Assembly (NCBI GenBank): GCA_963827475.1 | Contig: CAWHAZ010000005.1 | Coordinates: 1,002,851-1,066,850, forward strand | Direction: 5' to 3' | Source of the DNA: an uncultured Chloroflexia bacterium | GTDB lineage: Bacteria; Chloroflexota; Limnocylindria; QHBO01 | DNA: 64,000 bases | Part shown: positions 58,258 through 64,000 of the stretch, piece after piece | Position numbering within the stretch: position 1 is the first letter of the stretch | Layout: every line of letters starts with the position of its first letter | Position numbers and translations under genes: made by a program | The notes under the pieces: model-generated | The model's database searches: none | The model's input: the letters and a program-made list of their open reading frames with translations, nothing else | What the model was told of the DNA's origin: nothing

Positions 58258-58689
58258 TCAGCGTCGTTCGGCCTCGCTTCGGGCAAGCGCCTCAAGGATC
58301 GCAGTGATGACCTCGGTCGTGGAGGCCCCAGGCAGGTCCAGACGGATCGTCGCCGACTCGGCTATGAGCGGGTTGTACCGTCCGGCCGTGGCGGCAGCAT
58401 CGCGGGAGTCGGTCCGGACCAGCACGATCGGCTTCTGGCTCCGGTACGCGTAGCCGACCTCCCAGCTCGTGCCAGAGTCCGGGTCAGGCCCGTCCATGAT
58501 CGCCACCAGCCCATCGGCCCAGTCGATCCCGCCGACGTCCCTTGCGAAGATGCCGGCGGCGTCCCGGCCGGGCTCCTGCTCCTGCGGCACGAAGATCTCG
58601 TATCCGGCCGCTCGCAGGCCCGCGACGACCTCAGCGTTCCAGGCGCGCTCGGGCGTCGTGAACAGGGGTCCCGCGAAGTAGAGCTTCAT
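58258..58689 (-). CDS. Nucleoside 2-deoxyribosyltransferase family protein
   Basis: KLYFAGPLF, DVGGIDWAD, DSGTSWEVGYA. Confidence 0.9.
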   Translation of the reverse strand: MKLYFAGPLFTTPERAWNAEVVAGLRAAGYEIFVPQEQEPGRDAAGIFARDVGGIDWADGLVAIMDGPDPDSGTSWEVGYAYRSQKPIVLVRTDSRDAAATAGRYNPLIAESATIRLDLPGASTTEVITAILEALARSEAERR

Positions 58690-58766
58690 CGGGCGAGTAT
58701 CGCGGACGGCACTCACCCGCGACAGTCGCGGTGCCGCCCAGCCACTAGCCATCGTTCGGTTGATCC

Positions 58767-58795
58767 GCCGGGGCGAACTTGCGTTTATGGGGTAC
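58767..58795 (+). repeat. Array repeat R3 (core only)
   Basis: GCCGGGGCGAA-CTTGCGT-TTATGGGGTAC. Confidence 0.85.
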
Positions 58796-58826
58796 GCGGC
58801 CGGCGGGGTGTCTATCATCGGGTGGG

Positions 58827-58906
58827 GCGGCGATAGCTCAGCTAGGAAGAGCGCGGCTCTGCTTCGGCAACCGAGGTCGCCGGATCGTTCCCGGCTCGCC
58901 GCGCCA
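58827..58906 (+). ncRNA. tRNA-like RNA with a non-canonical anticodon arm and encoded CCA
   Basis: Acceptor GCGGCGA/TCGCCGC, D arm GCTC-AGCTAGGAA-GAGC, variable loop AGGTC, T arm GCCGG-ATCGTTC-CCGGC, G-CCA end; TATCAT at 58813. Confidence 0.8.
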
Positions 58907-58921
58907 TTCACGAGTCGGGTC

Positions 58922-58950
58922 GCCGGGGCGAATATCCGCGATTGGGGTTT
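58922..58950 (+). repeat. Array repeat R4 (core only, right arm degenerate)
   Basis: GCCGGGGCGAA-TATCCGC-GATTGGGGTTT. Confidence 0.75.
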
Positions 58951-59031
58951 GAGCCGGGACCCGTGGGACTCCCAGCGGCGCTTGTGCCACCGTCAAGTTC
59001 GGCCCAGGGTGGCTTCACTGGCCGCGCGACG

Positions 59032-59844
59032 CTAGCCCGGACCCATGCGGAGGCTTACCACCTCGGTCGTGTCGTGCTTGCCCTTGAGCTCCAGGTTGCG
59101 CGGCTCGAGGTTCGGGTCCAGGCCGGCCGCGACGGCGGCATCGGTCGAGACGATGATCTCGCCGGTCGCGGCCTGGGCCGCCAGGCGGGCGGTGGTGTTG
59201 ACGACGTCACCGACCACCGTGATCTCGACGTGGCCCCCCTCGCCGATGGCCCCGAACCACACCTTCCCGGTATGGACTCCGGCGCCCACCGGCACCCACG
59301 GCCCGGCCGGATCGGTGTGGCCGGTGGCTGCCAGCAGCTCCTCCGCCGCCGCAACCGCGCGCCCGGCGTGATTCTGCCCCAGGAAAGGAGGAAAGGCCGC
59401 GACCAGCTCGTCCCCCACGAACTTGTCGACGATGCCGCCCTGCGCGAATACCGCCTTTGCCGCAACGGTGTAAAAGCGGTCGAGGGTCGCGCGGAACGCG
59501 GTCGGGGTCATGCCTTCGGCCAGCGTGGTCGATCCGCGGATATCCGCGAACAGCAGCGAGGCGTCGACTTCTGCCCCGCCGTGATGCTTCAGCAGCACGT
59601 TCTCGCACGAGGTGCACACGGTCGGGTTGACCCGCGACTGACGCTTGCCAAAGAGTCGAAGGACGCGCCCGCCGGGGCCCGCGAACGGGAATGCGCACAA
59701 CTGACAGCGGGGATTCGCCGGAATGCGGCTGATGATCGGCCGGACGGAGCGGAATGACGAGTCGGGGCTCTCGAGGTAGTCGCGCCAGAACTGCTCTTCA
59801 GATGGATCGCTGGATGCTGCCGGTGGTGCGCCTCCGCTTCTCAC
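59032..59844 (-). CDS. Class III adenylate/guanylate cyclase with an N-terminal CxxC...CxxC domain
   Basis: LLFADIRGST, VDKFVGDE, GDVVNTTARL; CQLC and CTSC. Confidence 0.92.
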   Translation of the reverse strand: MRSGGAPPAASSDPSEEQFWRDYLESPDSSFRSVRPIISRIPANPRCQLCAFPFAGPGGRVLRLFGKRQSRVNPTVCTSCENVLLKHHGGAEVDASLLFADIRGSTTLAEGMTPTAFRATLDRFYTVAAKAVFAQGGIVDKFVGDELVAAFPPFLGQNHAGRAVAAAEELLAATGHTDPAGPWVPVGAGVHTGKVWFGAIGEGGHVEITVVGDVVNTTARLAAQAATGEIIVSTDAAVAAGLDPNLEPRNLELKGKHDTTEVVSLRMGPG

Positions 59845-59880
59845 CGCCGCATTATCCGGGGTCCCGAGGAATCAGGTACT

Positions 59881-59964
59881 TCCGACGCCCACCGCGGCTA
59901 CCGCGGGTCCTATGAGGTCGATCGCCCGGGAACTACGCCGGGGCGAACCTAGCTAATGGGGGGT
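59881..59964 (+). repeat. Array repeat R5 (full)
   Basis: CCGACGCCCACC...GAGGTCGATCGCC...GCCGGGGCGAA-CCTAGC-TAATGGGGGGT. Confidence 0.88.
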
Positions 59965-60064
59965 ATGGTGCCGCGACTTCTGAGGACGGGACGCCAGCCG
60001 CTCGCCATCCGAGGATGGCGCTGCCACGGAGCACCGGCCCGACGCCTTCGGCCTCCTAGCGGCG

Positions 60065-60883
60065 CTAGCCGTTAGGCCAACCCCGGATGACCTGATCCAC
60101 GAATTCCGCGATGTCGTTGGCGAGTCTTTCGGGTTGCTCCCACAGGACCAAGTGGCCTGTCGATTCATAGGTCACCATGCGCGATCGCGGAATCGCAGCC
60201 GCGAGCTTGAGCTCCTCGCCGTGCGGTAGCCCCTTGTCACGGTCACCCCAGATGATGAGCGTCGGCGCCTGAATCGTGCCGGTCTCAGTCGGCACGGCGG
60301 CTTCAACAAGACCCGCGAGGGCAAGCTTCCACACGCGTGCCGGCATTCGCACCCCGTCATCGATGCGGTCCGCCAGGTACTCCGCCGGGACCGGCTGGTG
60401 GAACTCGAACCAGTCCAACGAGGACCGAACCCATTCGCGATCGATCGGATCGGTCAGACGGTCCACCTCGTCCGCGAACGGGGGGCGCCCCCCATGAAGA
60501 CTGCGTGGCGTGCCTACCAGGACGAGCCCCAGCGTGCGCGATGGCTCATCGACGGCAAATCGCTGGGCCACGTACCCACCGCTCGAGCTGCCCACCAAGA
60601 TGCAAGGCCCGAGTCCCAAGGTGTCCTGGAAGGCGATCAGATCCGCGACGAAGTCGGCCATTGCGTAGCCATCCGCTGGCTTGTCGGCGTCGCCGTGGCC
60701 GCGCTGATCCATCGCGAAGGCGTGAACGGTGCGCGGCAGAAGTGGTAGCAGACGGCTAAAACTGCCCCGCGACTCGCCCCACGCGTGAATGAGGAGCAGC
60801 GGCACTCCGGACTTGCCACCCTCCTCCATGTATGGGAGGGAGACGCCAGTCGAAAGGCGAGTGATCTCCACGCTGCTCACCAT
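60065..60883 (-). CDS. Alpha/beta hydrolase
   Basis: LLIHAW, DQRGHG, GSSSGG, GHLVLWEQP. Confidence 0.9.
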   Translation of the reverse strand: MVSSVEITRLSTGVSLPYMEEGGKSGVPLLLIHAWGESRGSFSRLLPLLPRTVHAFAMDQRGHGDADKPADGYAMADFVADLIAFQDTLGLGPCILVGSSSGGYVAQRFAVDEPSRTLGLVLVGTPRSLHGGRPPFADEVDRLTDPIDREWVRSSLDWFEFHQPVPAEYLADRIDDGVRMPARVWKLALAGLVEAAVPTETGTIQAPTLIIWGDRDKGLPHGEELKLAAAIPRSRMVTYESTGHLVLWEQPERLANDIAEFVDQVIRGWPNG

Positions 60884-60955
60884 GGAGTTGTACGCGGCAC
60901 CCATTGCGGGCGCAAGGCCGGCGACGCCAGGCGCTCGCCATCCAGCGGCAGATCG

Positions 60956-60984
60956 GCTGGGGCGAATATCGCGCCGTGGTGACA
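60956..60984 (+). repeat. Array repeat R6 (core only)
   Basis: GCTGGGGCGAA-TATCGCG-CCGTGGTGACA, similar to the R7 core. Confidence 0.75.
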
Positions 60985-61014
60985 GGTACGACGGGTTCCT
61001 GGGACGCTTCGCGT

Positions 61015-61401
61015 TCAGCCGGGTCCGCGAAGGAAGCCATCGAAATAATCTGGCTGAACAGTCAACTTGACCCCCGACGCCGAGGCAGCCTCGCGCATCT
61101 GCTCGAGCGCGGCATTGCTAGGCGTTCCATAGATCTCCCAGCCGAGGGGTACCAGGACCTCAAATGCCACTCGGCTTCTCTCCTCCGATCCGTGGCCATG
61201 AAGGTCCATCGACTCCGCATCGGGGAAGACGTGGACTATCGTCGCCTCGCTCCCGTTAGGGCTGAGGTAGAAGAGGTACGCGAGGGTGCGGGGCTTCTCC
61301 GCGTGCAGCTGCTGGGTAACTGTGTGTGCTAGGTCCTTGTAGGCCTTAAGCATGCGCTGCTTGACCCGGAAGTGGCTGATGAAGACGATCGGGTCAGCCA
61401 T
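61015..61401 (-). CDS. Dimeric alpha/beta barrel (ABM-like) protein
   Basis: FISHFRV...PRTLAY...IVHVFPDAESMDLH; GAGGA RBS; paralog of 62499..62900. Confidence 0.75.
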   Translation of the reverse strand: MADPIVFISHFRVKQRMLKAYKDLAHTVTQQLHAEKPRTLAYLFYLSPNGSEATIVHVFPDAESMDLHGHGSEERSRVAFEVLVPLGWEIYGTPSNAALEQMREAASASGVKLTVQPDYFDGFLRGPG

Positions 61402-61420
61402 TTGTCACCGTCGATTCCTC

Positions 61421-62239
<819 letters not shown>

Positions 62240-62313
62240 TGCCAAATAGTAATGGCCCCTACGCCGGCGCTCGACCGACCGGGGTCGCCTGCACGCTACC
62301 AATACGCAGCCCG

Positions 62314-62400
62314 CTCCCCACCGTCCATCTCGGCTTCCGCGGGTGCCTAGAGGTCAATCGCCGGGAGTCCCGCTGGGGCGAATGTCGCGTTGTGGTAACA
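62314..62400 (+). repeat. Array repeat R7 (full)
   Basis: ...AGAGGTCAATCGCCGGGAGTCCC-GCTGGGGCGAA-TGTCGCG-TTGTGGTAACA. Confidence 0.88.
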
Positions 62401-62498
62401 GAGCGCGTCGGGTTCTAGGCGGTCTGCAAGCCACGTGGCAGCGTAGCCTCAGCTGATAGCCAAGCCTGCGCGTGCGCGCCGAGCGGTGGCATCGCTCG

Positions 62499-62900
62499 CT
62501 AAACGTCCATTTCTGACGGTGCTGACGGCCGCAGAAAGCCCGACGTGAACTCCGGGTAGACCCTCAGGGGAACGCCCGCCTGCTTTGCTGCCGCTTCGAG
62601 CGCCGCCCGCGTCGCTGCGCCGGGACTTCCGTAGATCTCCCAGCCGAGAGGCTCGAACAGCGGCATCGCCCGCGGACTGTGGGCTTTGGCTCGCTCAGCA
62701 TGAATGTCCATCGCGTCGGCATCGCCGAACACGTGGATGATGGTCAGCTCGTCGCCCGGTCCGAGGAATTGGAGGTACACGAGGGTCCGCGGCCAATCCG
62801 CCTCGATCCTTGGCGTCACTTCGGCGGCCAGCTGCTGGTAGGCGTCGCGCTGGCCAGGCCTGATGCGGAAACGACTGATGAAGGCAACCGGTTCGGCCAT
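62499..62900 (-). CDS. Dimeric alpha/beta barrel (ABM-like) protein
   Basis: FISRFRI...PRTLVY...IIHVFGDADAMDIH; paralog of 61015..61401. Confidence 0.75.
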   Translation of the reverse strand: MAEPVAFISRFRIRPGQRDAYQQLAAEVTPRIEADWPRTLVYLQFLGPGDELTIIHVFGDADAMDIHAERAKAHSPRAMPLFEPLGWEIYGSPGAATRAALEAAAKQAGVPLRVYPEFTSGFLRPSAPSEMDV

Positions 62901-62982
62901 GCTTCATGATAACGGCCGGGATCGGGTGCACCGCCCGATCCCTTCCGGATTAGCCACTCATTGGCCGCTTACGGACACATTG

Positions 62983-63011
62983 GCAGGGGCGAGTATTGAG
63001 TTATGGGCGTT
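62983..63011 (+). repeat. Array repeat R8 (core only)
   Basis: GCAGGGGCGAG-TATTGAG-TTATGGGCGTT. Confidence 0.7.
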
Positions 63012-63183
63012 GTTCTGCTGTCGCACCGGCGGTATCCGGTGGCGCTTAGGCCACCGTCAGGATCTGCCCACGCACTGGCGATCTAGACGGCAGCCTCGTC
63101 TCGCAGAACGAGCACCTCGGGCGCCAGCGGTCCCCGCCCTCGGCTGGCGTCGCCAGTAGCTCGACGGCGCATGTCCGGGCCAG

Positions 63184-63750
63184 TCAGTCAGCCCGCTCCA
63201 GGACGAGCGGATCCGGGCAGTAGGAGCCCGGGTCCGGGCAGCGCGGTCCGAGCACCATCGGTTCGCGATCCTCACGCAGGAAGATCTCACCCGCGGCGCC
63301 GAACTCGATGAGCATCCGCAGAGGGGAGTAGGGTGTCGCCGGGAGGCCCCCTGGCCCCAGCATCAAGATCTCCCCGGTGATCACGAAGTCGGACCCGATC
63401 ACACCGCTGAGGCCCTGAACCTGGTCCGGCCGCTGACCGATGGGTCGGGTCTCGACGTCCTCGACCTGCCCATCGCCCCACACGCAGTCTCCCTGCGTGC
63501 GAATCCACCAGGTCATCGGCTCTCCGACGCGGTCGACTTCGATCCACTGCCCGTCGAGCACGATGCGCTCCCCGTCCGGACCGCGCAGGTCCATCGCCTC
63601 GCACCCGGGCGGCAGGCCGCTCAGTGCGGCCTCCGAGGGGCTTGCGGAGGGCTGGTCCGATGGCGACGGCGACGTCGACGGTCCGCAGCCGGACATCAAC
63701 AGCAGGAGCCCAAGCAAGGGAAGGGTTCGAAATCCGGCGAGATTCAGCAC
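63184..63750 (-). CDS. Hypothetical lipoprotein
   Basis: Lipobox MSGC, Ser/Pro linker, four further Cys; TATCTT 6 nt before GTG. Confidence 0.75.
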   Translation of the reverse strand: MLNLAGFRTLPLLGLLLLMSGCGPSTSPSPSDQPSASPSEAALSGLPPGCEAMDLRGPDGERIVLDGQWIEVDRVGEPMTWWIRTQGDCVWGDGQVEDVETRPIGQRPDQVQGLSGVIGSDFVITGEILMLGPGGLPATPYSPLRMLIEFGAAGEIFLREDREPMVLGPRCPDPGSYCPDPLVLERAD

Positions 63751-63790
63751 CGACGGAAGATAACCGCTGCGCCAGGCGGGCGAGCCCAGC

Positions 63791-63877
63791 CCCCGACGCC
63801 CACCCGGGCTACCGCGCGGGCCCCGAGAGGCCGAATCGCCGGGAGTCCGGCTGGGGCGAACCTACGTTATGGGGGTA
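63791..63877 (+). repeat. Array repeat R9 (full)
   Basis: CCCCGACGCCCACC...GAGAGGCCGAATCGCCGGGAGTCCG-GCTGGGGCGAA-CCTACG-TTATGGGGGTA. Confidence 0.9.
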
Positions 63878-64000
63878 CCGCCAGCATCAGCCCGAGGGCT
63901 GAGGCCACCCATCGTCCTCGCGTCATGGGCGGAACCCTAGTGAGTCCAACGCTTCTCGCCCATCCCCCAACCGATGGTCGACGCGACTCCCATCCGTTCA

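Noticed and set aside
58827-58906. Canonical decoding tRNA
   Set aside because: No 7-nt anticodon loop can be drawn and the T loop lacks TTC, so it is reported as tRNA-like instead
63938-64000. 3' end of a further minus-strand cassette gene (…GWGMGEKRWTH*)
   Set aside because: Only about 20 codons are visible at the window edge, too few to support a call

Overview
High-GC bacterial chromosomal window; gene content and pervasive leaderless starts suggest a Chloroflexota- or Actinomycetota-like organism (inference). Positions 1-52.8 kb hold mostly housekeeping and metabolic genes: dnaE, gatB, gatA, gatC, ligA, pcrA/uvrD, groES/groEL with a CIRCE element, tatD, metG, an amino-acid ABC transporter, c-di-GMP enzymes, hydrolases and MFS transporters. 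Many carry single-base frameshifts that look like long-read assembly errors. From about 53 kb to the end the sequence is visibly less GC-rich and looks like an array of small 1-2 gene modules separated by about 10 copies of a same-orientation repeat. The repeat core, GC(C/T)GGGGCGAA-N6/7-TTATGG, is built like a tyrosine-recombinase (dif-like) crossover site and is not a classical attC. One 155-bp module has no protein gene but encodes a tRNA-like RNA with a CCA end and a cUUCGg tetraloop in place of the anticodon loop. No recombinase gene is visible in the window. Other oddities: a shared 30-bp putative ECF promoter, a MetRS lacking the HIGH motif, a displaced 63-bp segment in an ABC binding protein, and a truncated ssb remnant. 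Start coordinates were adjusted by eye and no database searches were run.
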